Shown: positions 39,930 to 52,858 of the stretch, piece by piece | How the letters are laid out: each line of letters opens with the position of its first letter | Position numbering within the stretch: position 1 is the stretch's first letter | Source: Octopus sinensis | Lineage: Eukaryota | Reading direction: 5' to 3' | DNA length: 64,000 nt | Assembly (NCBI RefSeq): GCF_006345805.1 | Contig: NC_043015.1 | Coordinates: 22,134,001-22,198,000, forward strand | The notes under the pieces: generated by a model | The model's input: only the letters and a program-made list of their open reading frames with translations | Database searches by the model: none | What the model was told of the DNA's origin: nothing | Made by a program: the position numbers and the translations under genes

Positions 39930-41389
39930 CATATATACATATATAAATGTAACATATAACATATACACATATGCATATAGACACACGTATATATACAGGA
40001 AGACACACATAAATACGCACTCACAAACACACACGAACACAGACACACGTACGTGCATTTGCGAAGAGGGAAACAGAAAAAGAGAACTAAATAACTTCGT
40101 AAAATTAAACAGAATAAAGAAAAACAAGAAATACTTAAAAATACTTTCTAATCATCAGTTTTTGTTGTTGTTGTTGAGTTTCGTACTTGCCCGGAAGACA
40201 CGGTGTATTGCTTGTTATCCGTGGGACTTACTAACACTCATTCTATTAATTCTGTACATGATTCTGGCGCCAACTAGTCAGCATTTATTCTGTGTTACCA
40301 TTTTGTCTGGTTGGAAAACTTGTTCTTACGTTTATTTCTGATCTCTCTCCCTTCCATCTCCTCCCCCTCTCTCTCTACCTCCCCACCTTTCTGTCTCTCT
40401 TTTCTCCCTTCTCTCTCTCTGTCTTTCTCTCTCTCCTCTCGCCCTTTCTGCATCCTTTGTCATTGTTTATCTGATTTTCAATGTTTTAATTAATGTTGTT
40501 GATTTTTGTTTGTTATTTTCCTCGTGATTGTTATTGTTGTTGCTCTTCCCCAGTGCAATTTTGTGTCAGTGTTTTTCGTGAACACATTTTGCTAACGTTT
40601 CCTCTGTCCCTTTTCGCCGGAATGTCTGCTCCTGTTTTCGTTATTTTAGTTGTTGTTGCATGTGTTGAGCTTGTCGTTATTGTTACTATCCTTGCAGCTG
40701 CTACCATATTTGGTGGCCATTGTTGTTGTCATTAGTGTTGCTGTTGGTAGCTCTTTTTTTCCTGTCTCTTATAGAACTGTCATCGTTGCGTTTGATGCCC
40801 TTATTGTTTATGCCGCTGTTGCTGTTGTTGCTGCAGTCGTTGTCTTCTTATTGTTCTTACTAATGTCACAGTGGTCGTTGGTCAAATCGCTATCCCCGCC
40901 TCCATTATTATTGCCCATTCCTGCTGCTGCTGCTGCTGCTGTTGTTGTTATTGTTGTTATTGTTCTGCCTGTTCTTACATTGAATCTTTCCTTCTTTTCA
41001 TTGTTATTATAGCTGTTGCCGTAAATAGTGTTTTTCATATTGTCGCTACATTTGCTGTTATTTCTTGCATGTCAAGCTGCTGTTAATGTTGGTGCTGTGG
41101 TTATTGGAGTTTAAAGTGTAACTGGTTAGACATTTTCATTTTATTTCCTGAAGCCAATGTTTCATTTCTATTATATATTCTTGCGATTTCACAATAATAT
41201 ACTTGACACTTAAAACATATTTCGTATTTCAGTTTAACCGTGGAGTTGTTCTTGGGATTATAGGTATGGTAGTTATAGTAGTGGTAGATGTGACATTAAG
41301 GCTGTAGTTGTGAAGGAAGTGCAGTAGTAGCGTAGACGGTGATTACAATGAAACCACTTCATTGCTTGCTAATGATAAATTTATTACGG

Positions 41390-41600
41390 AGATGTACCTG
41401 CATAGCAAGTGACCTGATCTGAGAGCATGTGCTGGAACGAAAACAATTGCAGCATGGAAGGTGTTTATAAGCCATTTAAGAAACACACAAAAACCGTTAG
41501 ATTCACTTCAAAATTCAAATTTACTTTGCCAAAATATTTTCGTCGCTTTGAGACCGCGACCTGTTCAATGACAAATTTCCATGTAATGGTAAACTCTTAA
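41390..41600 (-). mobile_element. Probable PLE-type tail carrying a variant hammerhead
   Basis: Non-coding, complex sequence downstream (minus strand) of the HHR-like motif at 41525; boundaries uncertain. Confidence 0.45.
41525..41575 (-). ncRNA. Hammerhead-like motif with non-canonical core (UUGAACA)
   Basis: Minus: tttgtca TTGAACA g gtcgc ggtctcaaa gcgac GAAA ATAT TT tggcaaa; 7-bp stem I, 5-bp stem II, palindromic ATAT loop III. Confidence 0.6.
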
Positions 41601-41880
41601 TAGTAAAATAACTGTTTCATCGTGAATATTTTATAATGAATGCGTATGTAATGGAAGGATATTTGTGTGTTTGTGTTTGTGAGCGTGTTTGTGCGAGCGT
41701 GTATTTGTATGTGTGTGTGTGTGTGTGTTTATTGATGCATGTATGCATGTATATATTTACGTTTATATATATATATAATTTGATAGAAAGAAAGAACGAA
41801 AGAAAGATAGATAGATAAATAAATAAAAGATAGATAGATGGATGGATGTATAGATAGAGAGATATGCATGTATCACATAC

Positions 41881-42063
41881 GAAGAAGAAGGAGGAGAAGA
41901 AGAAGAAGAAGAAGAAGAAGAAGAAGAAGAAGAAGAAGAAGAAGAAGAAGAAGAAGAAGAAGAAGAAGAAGAAGAAGAAGAAGAAGAAGAAGAAGAAGAA
42001 GAAGAAGAAGAAGAAGAAGAAGAAGAAGAAGAAGAAGAAGAAGAAGAAGAAGAAGAAGAAGAA
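41881..42063. repeat. Nearly pure (GAA)n, about 60 units
   Basis: Direct reading. Confidence 0.98.
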
Positions 42064-42113
42064 CCCTCAAATGCGGTCAAAATGAAATTGCCTCCTGCTA
42101 AAGCAGATAGTAG

Positions 42114-42888
42114 CAGTAACCGCTTCCCAAGATATCACATCGGTTAACGTGATCTTACACAAAGAGTAAAGAAATGTGATGGGAGTGTGATACAGGGGGT
42201 GTTCTTTGATCATAGGCCACCTCCTCTACACGAAGGATTTATTCTGTTCATTGTAAATTCTATATACTTATTGGAATTTCATATTGTAGACTATTACTAT
42301 TATACGAACAAATCCTATTAAATAATTAATTATCTTCAAAGACATTTAACATGTTTTATTTAATAACAAGTCAACGAATTCGCCCGTCGCTCTAACTTTG
42401 TCTCTTTATATTGACCGCCTCATACAATAAATGCCAAACAATATTGAGTGTGTATTCTGTTTCCTTTATTCTACATCGTTATGTCAGTTGCTGCTGGGTG
42501 TGAATTTATAATTGGTCTCACTAGCCTTGATGGCCGAAGGACTGGACATGTATAGGAAGCAAATTAATCATTTCTATACATCTGTATATCTTGTAGTTGA
42601 GCGCAACAACAACAAAAAAGCGTAATTGTGTTCACTCCTTCTACTACTCATAGAGGTGTCATTTTCATCGGGTCATGAGTTACCATGGTCCTAAATGTGA
42701 TGGGTACAGTTAGTATAGTTCTAATCGCATTGTCTAAAAAACATGGACTGTGTACAGATGGGGAGTCATTTATCATACATGTACTTATTTCAACGTTATT
42801 TCTGACTGAAAACCAAGAATATGGAAAGTGACGTCAATACCAGTAGCAACCACGTTAACCGATGTGATATCTTGAGAGGCGGTTACTG
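42114..42888. mobile_element. Non-autonomous TIR element (MITE-like), 775 bp
   Basis: 38-bp TIRs CAGTAACCGCTTCCCAAGATATCACATCGGTTAACGTG at 42114-42151 and 42851-42888, 2 mismatches; no clear TSD or ORF. Confidence 0.75.
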
Positions 42889-42964
42889 ATATATATATGA
42901 AGATATAACTGCATATAAAACTATATATATATATATATATAACTATATAAATATATAACTTTAT

Positions 42965-42995
<31 letters not shown>

Positions 42996-42996
<1 letters not shown>

Positions 42997-43123
42997 GGGC
43001 AAGACTGCTAGGTAGTCGGCCGTATGCTAGAAATAGATCATCAACGATTAAACTACAAGGAACTATCTGTTATGTTGATGATCTATTTCTAGCATACGGC
43101 CGACTACCTAGCAGTCTTGCCCT
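42996..43123. repeat. Perfect 50-bp inverted repeat with 28-nt spacer
   Basis: agggcaagactgctagg..gatcatcaac (42996-43045) versus gttgatgatc..gtcttgccct (43074-43123). Confidence 0.97.
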
Positions 43124-43236
43124 GCCAATATACACATATTAGAATTTTCTCTAATTTCTCAGATTTTTTGTATGATAGACTACTGGTTTTAAATTGATAT
43201 TAAAATTAATATAAATTTATCTCCCTCATTATTTAA

Positions 43237-43273
<37 letters not shown>

Positions 43274-43400
43274 ATATATTATATATATATAAATATATGT
43301 CTGCATGTGTGTATATATATATATATATATATTTATATACATACACATGTATATATAAATATATAACTGTATATATATATGTATATATATATATATATAT

Positions 43401-43443
<43 letters not shown>

Positions 43444-43444
43444 C

Positions 43445-43970
43445 AAATGAATAAATAAAGAACAGGTACAGAGGATGTTGCGGTACATATGTTTCGAGCT
43501 TTATAGAACAACTTATTCTTACATCAATGCATAATCGACATAACAGATAGTTCAAAAGCCCTCTTCAGCCGCATGCAATTGCTACACCAAAGACTTGTAT
43601 CACATTATAAAAGGTATGAGAAAAAACATTTGGTATTGTTTATAATGGTCGGTAAACCGAGTATCATTGGGAAAGTATGTTTGTAAATCTTCACAGGTGT
43701 ACCTGGTATTATTAGACTCCAAAACAAATCGTCTATACCGTTTTCTCACTCAATATAGAATGAATACTGGGTAGATTCCTTCATGTAAGGGAAGGAATTG
43801 GATGTTGAGAGAAAGAGAAAAAGGAGAAAAGAAGGGGAAGGGGAAGAAACTTTAATGAGGTTGGGATGACAAAAAAATATATATAAATATAAATATAATT
43901 ATAAAGGATAATAAAATATAAAATATAATAAAAGTAATGATGTAAAAATATAAGTATATAAAGATATATA
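43445..43970 (-). mobile_element. PLE-type pseudo-LTR / 3' region with HHR
   Basis: Pyrimidine-rich minus strand leading to the HHR and a short tail ending at (CA)/(TA)n. Confidence 0.55.
43479..43573 (-). ncRNA. Hammerhead with canonical core, 7-bp stem II and 52-nt loop II
   Basis: Minus: tgcgg CTGAAGA gggcttt [52 nt] aaagctc GAAA CATATG TA ccgca; 5-bp stem I, palindromic CATATG. Confidence 0.85.
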
Positions 43971-44250
43971 ACTATATATATAGTTTTTCATATATGTAGG
44001 TTTTTATATGTACACGCGTCAGCCTGCAGATTTGAGAATGTATGGGCATATAGATCTGTACATATGTGTGCATGTATGAGTGCGTATACTTGTATGTATG
44101 GATACGCATATGTGTAGTTTTGTATATGTATGTGTATATAGGTGGGGCCATATGAATGTGTTTGTCTAGATGTGTATATGTATATATGTTAGTATATGTA
44201 TGTATATAAGTGCATGTATATGTATGTATATATATATATGCATTTGTGTG

Positions 44251-44299
<49 letters not shown>

Positions 44300-44439
44300 A
44301 TTGAGGATGACACGTACATCGGACATTCCACTAGTCGCTGGAGACAGGTTTATATATATGTGAGGGTGGGTAAGTATGTAGACACACACGTACACACAGT
44401 CAAGATAGACTTAGAGCATGTAACGTGAGACTACTATAA

Positions 44440-44761
44440 AGTGACCATTCGCCTACTATTATATCATAGCTCAACCCCCCCCCCCCCCGATAATTAAAAA
44501 TAACTTACGACACTCACCACAACATCAGAACTGTAACCCATCATCTCTAACCGCTGTGTATACTTTTGTATCTTTTTATCTTTATCTCACTTTATCTTTA
44601 TTTTTATTTTTTTATTTTTTAAAATATTTTACTCATTATTTTTTGTACCTTTTACACTTTCACAATACATTTCTAGAATGTATAGCCCTGTAACTGACGT
44701 CCTTTATATCTTTATATACTTATATTTTTACATCTTTACTTTTTATCATATTTTATATATA

Positions 44762-44802
<41 letters not shown>

Positions 44803-44810
44803 TATATATT

Positions 44811-44841
<31 letters not shown>

Positions 44842-45230
44842 TAACACCATCTCCGATGAAGGGATATATCAGCATGTGTATATATAAAAAACAAAATTCA
44901 GAATGAAATAAAAATCCAAGGGTGTGGAAGATTTTAGAACATTTATAAAATAGGTCTTACAGCTGTTTCCGGATGTAAGACCTATTTTATAAATGTTCTA
45001 AAATCTTCCACACCCTTGGATTTTTATTTCATTCTTAATTTTGTTTTTTATATATACACATGCTGATATATGACCTACGTTGATCTCCTCATTCACATAA
45101 TCACCGAAACTGGAGCTTAACTATAGTCTGTCCATAGCACTTTACTCAGCATTACCTGACACCTTTGGGTCTTATTAACACCATTACCTCTTATAACCTC
45201 TATAACTATATAACTATATCTATAGTTATA
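44440..45230 (+). mobile_element. PLE family A 3' region with an internal inverted duplication
   Basis: HHR 5' half at 44850-44867; 98-bp arms at 44864-44961 and 44974-45071 (1 mismatch); tail homologous to 16985-17190. Confidence 0.85.
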
Positions 45231-45269
45231 ACTATATCTAAAATAAGCGGAAAGAAATACTGGGAGAGT

Positions 45270-45780
45270 GTAACAGCAGGTGGTCCTCAGAAGGGAAACC
45301 CCTTTTAGGCAAATGTTTCGGTCCTTAACTCCTGACATTCTAGTTAGGCCACATCCGTGTCATAACTCCCGGATTTCTACCTGCTGTCCGTTTTAGTACG
45401 CCTTATGTGGGATTGGTTTCTCTGATTTCTAGTACTACTGTGACGAGTTCTACGGCCCTGAGAAGGGCTAATTCCCCGTTGAATTGGGAGAATTAAACCT
45501 TATGTTGTTGGCCTTTGTTCTTCCTAGACAAGATCCAACTTGAGGCATTCTCCGCCTCTCCCATGGCCCTCAAGGCTCTAGTCTTGAGATGGAAAGCTGT
45601 TTCATGAGGCTGTAGGCAGATGTGCCTACAAATCCCCTGTCGCCAAACTCGACTGCGGAGACTTTGGTTTTGTATCCAGTGTTTCTCGAGTCTCTGACCA
45701 ATTCGGCGTACTTTCCTGTCTTGTTGACATGGGCATCTTCACTCCTGGTTTTGTAAGGCACCGTTAGTTCCATCAGAAGG
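45270..45780 (-). mobile_element. Hero-like (R2-superfamily) LINE 3' end
   Basis: MELTVPYKTRSEDAHVNKTGKYAELV..AVEFGDRGFVGTSAYSLMKQL..MGEAAENASSWI; ELTVP and VE.G.RGF motifs of restriction-like endonuclease clades. Confidence 0.8.
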
Positions 45781-46049
45781 ATCTATATCTATATAAACAT
45801 ATATATTTATATATGTGTGTGTGTGTATTTGTGTGTACAAATTTATATATAGAGATACGTAGGAAGTATTGCCACACATAGTTATAAACGAACATTATTA
45901 TAATGAAATATATGAGTGATTGCGCGTGCTACTTCAGTGTTTCCCTTATTTGAATTGTAAATTTATATTAATTACAATAATTAATATTTAGAATTTCATG
46001 CATATTCAAGTGAAATGTATTTGATTAATATTTATAAAATTGAATGTGA

Positions 46050-47200
46050 TTATTTCCTCTCAAAGTTAGTACGTTGACACTATAACTGTTGTTATGTTGT
46101 CACATCCACGTATATGTAGGCTTCATATGTGGGTGTTTGTAGTTTCTGTGTTAATATATTTTCTTTTCGTATACAAGCGTTGGCTGAGAAATTGCTTGTC
46201 TATTAATTCTAAAAATATCTCCTCGTGGAGAATATTCTAAAAGAACAATATGGTATTGTTGGTCCAACTCTTAATTCACGGTGTTGCTTTTGGCAGTAAC
46301 TGTGTACAACTAACTTTGACGATATTATAATGCATTGTTATATCGCGCTTTACTATCATAGATCTTTCTGCTAAGAGAGACTTTATCGATCCTTGTACAG
46401 ACGCATGGAATTAGCCTTAGATACAATAAGGAGGCGGTAATAATCCTTATTTATATATTTAACTTTATCGAAGAGTTTTGTTAAGGTCTGCAGATATTGC
46501 TATCTAAATCGAAAGTGATATTGAAGAAGTTAATTATGCTATAATTTGGTTTTGATTTTGATTTTCATTTCTAGTTATTTAATGGGTTCAGAATGTTTTC
46601 AGTGCATGTTCTTCAGGTGAGTAGTTACTATTAATATTTACGTTTCTGTATAGGCTGTCAGCAGTTATTATTAACTCTTTTCAGTATTGGCCAATCTCTG
46701 AGACATGCTCAGATATATTTGCCCGGCTGCACTCCTGGGTGTGTTTATATTACATATAGTGTTAGATACCTTCACGAAGTTAGTGTCCTTATCATTCAGA
46801 AAATTATTCTTCATCTAATATGTGATAATGTCTAAGGAAATGTCCTTTATATCCCAAAAGAATTATGTTTATTAATTAAAAAGTCAAGTCGTTATGTATT
46901 TTAGAAGTAAACAATATTAGATTGAGCAAATCTCGAATAAACTTTATCTGAAATCTTAACTCACCCGATAACTAACTGTTCACTCTTGTAAACAAGTCAA
47001 TTTCCTATGTCTATTGATTATCTCCCTTACAAACCGTCTGCTAAGTAGCTTCTTTTTTAAAGATAGATATATTAATCCAGAAAGATGGGTTTATTTGAAA
47101 GCCGAATTAGGGATTCTTAAGCATCAGATAATCCACACGTTTTAATGTGCGTCCAAACGTTTTATCTAGTCTTAGCGACTTAATGCACAAAATAGGCTTT
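46050..47200 (-). mobile_element. Decayed PLE reverse-transcriptase region and linker
   Basis: NFFNITFDL..RP, KIYDSKARYNNAL, EIFLELIDKQF..RLY, GCDNITTVI in broken frames. Confidence 0.65.
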
Positions 47201-47829
47201 AGTAATAATATTGCCTTGATTTGTATGGCATGTTTGATACATTTTATTCATATTACCATCACTCTTTTTATCTGTATTCCATGAGCTCCTTCTCATATAG
47301 TCTATTACTGTTATGTTATATGCAATTTCCTGAATATTATTTCAATTTCTCTGGAATGAGTTTGTGTACTAACACATATCTCATAAGTAGTTTAGTCTCT
47401 CGCATCTGTTTCAAAAACTTCAACGTCTATGATTACGTATCGATTTTGTTATTTCCCGTGTTCGATAGTGGCGTGGTATTATTCGTGTGTAAGAAAGAAG
47501 AAATCCATCTCGTGTGTTGCACATCGTTCTGTACACAACACAAAGTTCTCAAGTAATATTTATTCGAAGCAATTGATGTATATTTCAAGGAAAAGTCCAA
47601 GAAGAAACGTTCCCTACTAGTGTTGTATGTCTTCCTTATGAAGAATTCTCACCTAGACTTGTTGTATAGCCAACCAACCAGTTTAGTGATGGCTATGAAT
47701 TGCAAAAGTGCTATCGCTTAAGATTTTTATATTCTACACTGCTTATGAACAATCGAAAACATAAAGTAAATATAGAACACAACAGTGCATAGAATAAATA
47801 CACCATAAACTGGACAGAGTTTGTTGGAA

Positions 47830-48150
47830 AGTCAACTGCAGCCATTGAAATGCATCGAAACCCTATATGTGTAATTTGTGATAAACATTACTGAAAGCGC
47901 AAGTTTTATAAGTTCATATGAAACAGATAGTTTCTGTGAAGTATCCCTTCATTTGCAAATCGGAAAATTTAATCTATGTCGTTAAATGTAACAGGAATCA
48001 TGGATTAAAAAGGTCAAGCAGATTATATGAAGAAACGAATTACTTTTATCGTTAAAAGTACAGGAGACCAGTATCATGCAACTATGTTAGTAAACATTTT
48101 AAACTGCGTACAGTAAATAGATATTCGATACACTGTGTGCTGATGTGTGG
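47830..48150 (+). pseudogene. Decayed PLE GIY-YIG of a different (Neptune-like) type
   Basis: RNPICVICDKH, PFICKSENLIYVVKC, ..VSKHF. Confidence 0.55.
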
Positions 48151-49169
48151 ATTCCTCAACAAATTGATATAACTGTTTAATACTTGGTAAAAGTAAAAGA
48201 AATATTAAAGCAATTGTCAGTGTCGTATTTTCATATGCAAGTACTCTGTCATTGTGATAATTTAGCAATTTGATAGAGAAGAATTTACTAAATCGAAATA
48301 ATTCCTCGAAGTGATGTAATGAACGGCAATTTACATATTCCCTATTCAGCGATACAATGATATCTGTTATACCAACGACACGGCCTAGCTCAATGCCCGC
48401 AACAATCACATTACTATTGCTATATTCGTTATATTTTCTATTTCATAACCGTCCCTTTCTCAATTTTCTAGCGCATATATTTAAAGCTCTTCTCCACACG
48501 TAGTAGAGATTGTCATCTTTTCTATGTTCCATTTGCGTGATTTAGCTGCACCGCATGATCTTTGATGAGCTTTAGCAAAGTTCAAGTCTGTTTTAAGATT
48601 TTGAACATGGCCTTGAGTCCTTGGATATCTTCAAGCAATTTATATGTAATATAAATGTTAGATGTAAAAAGAAAATACCCTTAATATGTTCAGGTCATAT
48701 TGGATGAATTGAAACAAAAGAATTGGATTATTTTATTCTTTTGAAATGATTAAGGCCAGTTGAGGGTTTGGGGTTAACATAATTTTTTCCCACGCGTTAG
48801 TTTGTGAGGATCTGGAAAATATTTCTGCGTGCGTATGTGTGTTTCTGTCTTCGTGTATGTGAGTCTATGCATAAGTTGGTGTATATAGCTTGTCCGTGTA
48901 AGCCTGCACACATCTTTAAAACCAATGTCTTGTTTGAAATTTAGAGCCAAAGGTAAGTTAACGAGCAAAGCTTCTATATATAAAATTACCAAGTCATATA
49001 ATAAAAATTTCCAATTGCCAACGAAATTTAAAACCTTTCGTAAATGGAATGGTCGAAAACTGCGGCCATATATTTATCATCTCTGAGAAGGCAACAGCTT
49101 CGATGCTACTTCTTCGTCTGTTTTTGCTAAACGATTTCTATTGTTTTTCTCCTAATTTTCTCCCTTTCA

Positions 49170-49208
<39 letters not shown>

Positions 49209-50192
49209 TTTCAATCCTCTCTCTCTCTTCCTAACTTAATTCTTTTCACTCCCTCTCTAAATCTCTAACTCTTGCCTCTCGCCAGTTTAAAGTGCTTTGT
49301 TAAATATAAACGCATCCGTGTCATTGCGCAGTTTGTGTATTGCATTTCACCAGAATGGTTTCTCATTTACTTAAAAATCAATTGTTACATGCTTATTGCA
49401 GCTTAACGTTTTCGTGCAGTGAAGAGATTACAGTTTAATGGTGAGAATTTCAGGCAGACCTACATTATATCAAAGTAGTCCGCTTGTGAGAACTCGTTAA
49501 CTACGAGACATAATCAGACACATACACCTCAAGTCACAAGAAAATGTGTTTATTTATGTGTGTAAATATCAGTATATATATATATATGATCAGACAGGCC
49601 GACTCCAAAGCACACACGCTGTGTATATATAAAATGTTATGCAGACACACACGCATATATAAAGTATTTACAAAGTACTTGTATTAAGTATGTATATATA
49701 TTGGTGTGTGTGTGTGTGTGTGTGTATACAGACACAAAAACACACATACACAGACATACCTATATGTACATCCACATCCACACAATCACGCACATGCATA
49801 CACATTCATGTACACACATATATTCGGCAAGTGGATATGTACACAATCAGACACACACACACGTATATTTGCTATTTCGTGTACAGTATCCCAAATCATA
49901 ATTATTGCACTTCTTAACTACTGCTGTTCTCGCATTCTGAAAATCTATAAATATTTCCAAAGCTAACACATTATCGTTCATTAAATATTGCACTCCACCA
50001 CATTTAAACATTTTTTTAAAAAGTTTGCCACGTCTTCTGCCTGGTCAACGTTCTCCAATATATAGTCATTGAAGTATAAATATCTACATCTTTAGATTCC
50101 GGGTCATTGTAGTCATATGACTCCAACGACCCTAAATAAATCAGAGAGACGATTAAGGGAAACGAACTGGTGCCCACGCCTACCATATAGTT

Positions 50193-50358
50193 CAGTGGTC
50201 CCCAAATTTTTTAAACCATCGACCCTTTCATAGAATCCTTGACCGCTCATTGACCTCCAGGCATGTACAAGAAATTAAAAAGGAATAATAATAGATGTGC
50301 ATTAATTTACCCCTTGAATCGTCCTAGGGTTCGATATCTACCACTTTCGAGACCCGTG
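50193..50358. mobile_element. hAT-type MITE, 166 bp
   Basis: Ends CAGTGGTCCCCAAA / TTTCGAGACCCGTG; 8-bp TSD ATATAGTT (50185-50192) and ATATAGTC (50359-50366). Confidence 0.8.
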
Positions 50359-50429
50359 ATATAGTCCATCCTAATCTAATTCCCTCGGATAATTATTTGT
50401 TCTCTGACAATTAACAGTTCTGTTCATGG

Positions 50430-50600
50430 CTCCCTTTCAGCGCCACCGAAATTTCGCCAACAAAGTATAGGTGGAACTTTCAGTGAAGACGCTCTTCCCC
50501 AACAAAGCAAGGACTGGTATCAGCGTGGGGTCAAAGACCTGGTAGGGAGGTGGCTTCAGACCGAGTAATACAAAAGTGTCAGATCTGAATGATAGGTAGC
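50430..50600 (+). mobile_element. mariner transposase C-terminal relic
   Basis: QQSKDWYQRGVKDLVGRWLQT. Confidence 0.7.
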
Positions 50601-50818
50601 TTGTTTTATTATTATTTTTTATGTCAGATGAAGAATAAAATTTATAAATATAAATTAATAATTTTAATTTTAAATTTTAATAATTTAAATTTTTAGATTT
50701 TATATTTTATATATTTTGTATATTATATTAATTATTTTTATTTTTTTGTTTTGGTTTATGTTTTTCACTGTTTGATTTGCCTTATAGTGGTTTTATCTCT
50801 GATTTAATTTGTATATAT

Positions 50819-50839
<21 letters not shown>

Positions 50840-50850
<11 letters not shown>

Positions 50851-51247
50851 ATATACGATAAAATTTTCAAAACAAAGTTAGCATTGGTCAGGCCAGCATA
50901 TTAAAAAGTACCTTTTAAGGTGAAAATTATAAACAACTTATAAAGAAAGGCAACAGAGTAAGAATTCCAATGCCAAATATGCCGAGAATAGATTTTAAAT
51001 CCTCAATAACCACATATAACCACATATAATTCATCACTATAATTATGCGTGCTTATAGTGATGAATTATATGTGATTATTGAGGATTTAAAATCTATTCT
51101 CGGCATATTTGGCATTGGAATTCTTACTCTGTTGCCTTTCTTTATAAGTTGTTTATAATTTTCACCTTAAAAGGTACTTTTTAATATGCTGGCCTGACCA
51201 ATGCTAACTTTGTTTTGAAAATTTTATCGTATATTATATATATATAT
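50840..51247. repeat. About 400-bp near-perfect palindrome (arms about 195 bp, 10-nt spacer)
   Basis: 50840-51042 versus 51053-51247; differences limited to a 10-nt duplication (ccacatataa) and about one substitution. Confidence 0.95.
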
Positions 51248-51329
51248 GTGTGAGTGTGTGAGAAGAGGAATACACACGCACGCACACATATAAATATGAC
51301 TGTGTGTGTACATGTATATTATTTTATTT

Positions 51330-51425
51330 GTTTCAGTCATTTGACTACTGGCATGCTGGATCACGGCCATTAGTCGAAGAAATCGACTCCAGGACCCATT
51401 CTTTGTAATCTTAGTACTTATTCAA
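51330..51425 (-). mobile_element. SINE family B tail
   Basis: tttcagtcatttgactactggcatgctgga..tagtcgaagaaatcgactccagg. Confidence 0.7.
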
Positions 51426-51437
51426 ACACAAACACAA

Positions 51438-51469
<32 letters not shown>

Positions 51470-51510
51470 GCACACACCCAAACACACACACGCACACACA
51501 CATATATATA

Positions 51511-51950
51511 CTAGCTGAATAGCCCCTAGTTTCCGGGAAAATTTTTACATTAGAATGTCCTACACATTCTTTATGTTATTCCCTGTCAGACCATGCCTTT
51601 CCCGATATATGGACATCTTGACCATTTGTGCAATTTTTGTTCTTTTAAATTTATTTACATATCTGTTCGACTGTTCCACAGGAATTTATTCATTAAATTC
51701 ATTAAAAGATCAGAAGGTCTTACAACTTTGGTCGTCGTAATGATTTGCTTTCGTTTGTTTGATAACAATTTTCCTCGTAATGAATTTGCCTTCATTTTGT
51801 GATAGACAGCTATCATGCAGAAGATGACTGCTTCCAAATTCTGTTTCCTGATTAGGCAAAATTGAATAAATTTTAAATCTCAGTAACACTTTTCTGCAAT
51901 TTTTTCTGGAACTAATAAATAACAAAAACGGATTTAACGTCCGATAATTA
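51511..51950 (-). mobile_element. Helitron 3' end with decayed helicase C-terminus
   Basis: Minus strand ends CTAG followed by T; GNNIKNV*DIL and CTNGQDVH resemble the HGQLYVA..TKNIVY end of Helitron helicases. Confidence 0.5.
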
Positions 51951-52767
51951 TTTGAATATGAAAAATATTAAAATCTTGGCGTAGTTTTAAACTTTCACAA
52001 TATGTAATAGCAACAGGGAAGACTACATAAATACAGAGACAGACGGTTAGAGGATGTGACACACATGCGCGCGCACACACACATGGATACGCACAAATAC
52101 ACACAAACACACACACAAGCACACTCAAACACACATACACCCACTGTAACAATTGCACACACACACATTTACAAACGTACACAAAGTTATCACGATTAAA
52201 AATCATGTATAGTAAACACATGTATGTTTGTACATATGTAGGTATATATGTATATATATATATATATATATATCAGAAAATTATCTACCCCATTTCTCCT
52301 TAAAGATACGTATTTATCACACCCAGCTGTCTTTCCCTTCCTCGGCGTTTTAAAAGGTGCTTTTAAAAGATACTTGTGTATGTGTGCGTGTGTGTGTGGT
52401 GTGTGTATCCATGTAACTATGTATTTACGAAAGTATGTATGCAACATCACGTGTAAATGACAGTTGTTTTAACATGACCTTTCCGTTGCCACTTCATATT
52501 TGTCGTTTACACAAGGCTGCTCTCCCCTTCCCTGAAATCGGTCGCATTCACTTTGCCCCAAATTTCCCTCAACTAACACTCTTGCACCCTTCTCATTTAT
52601 CATATAATAGCCCAAACACACTACGGGGCCCATTATATATTTTCATTGAAATTTAATTAGCCTATAATCGAACTGGACTTTAGTTTAACATGAGTGCAAT
52701 GATCTGTGAAATTTTGATTCATTGGTATGGGCAGCAAGATGGTAACAGTCAGACAGAAATTTCCATT

Positions 52768-52858
<91 letters not shown>

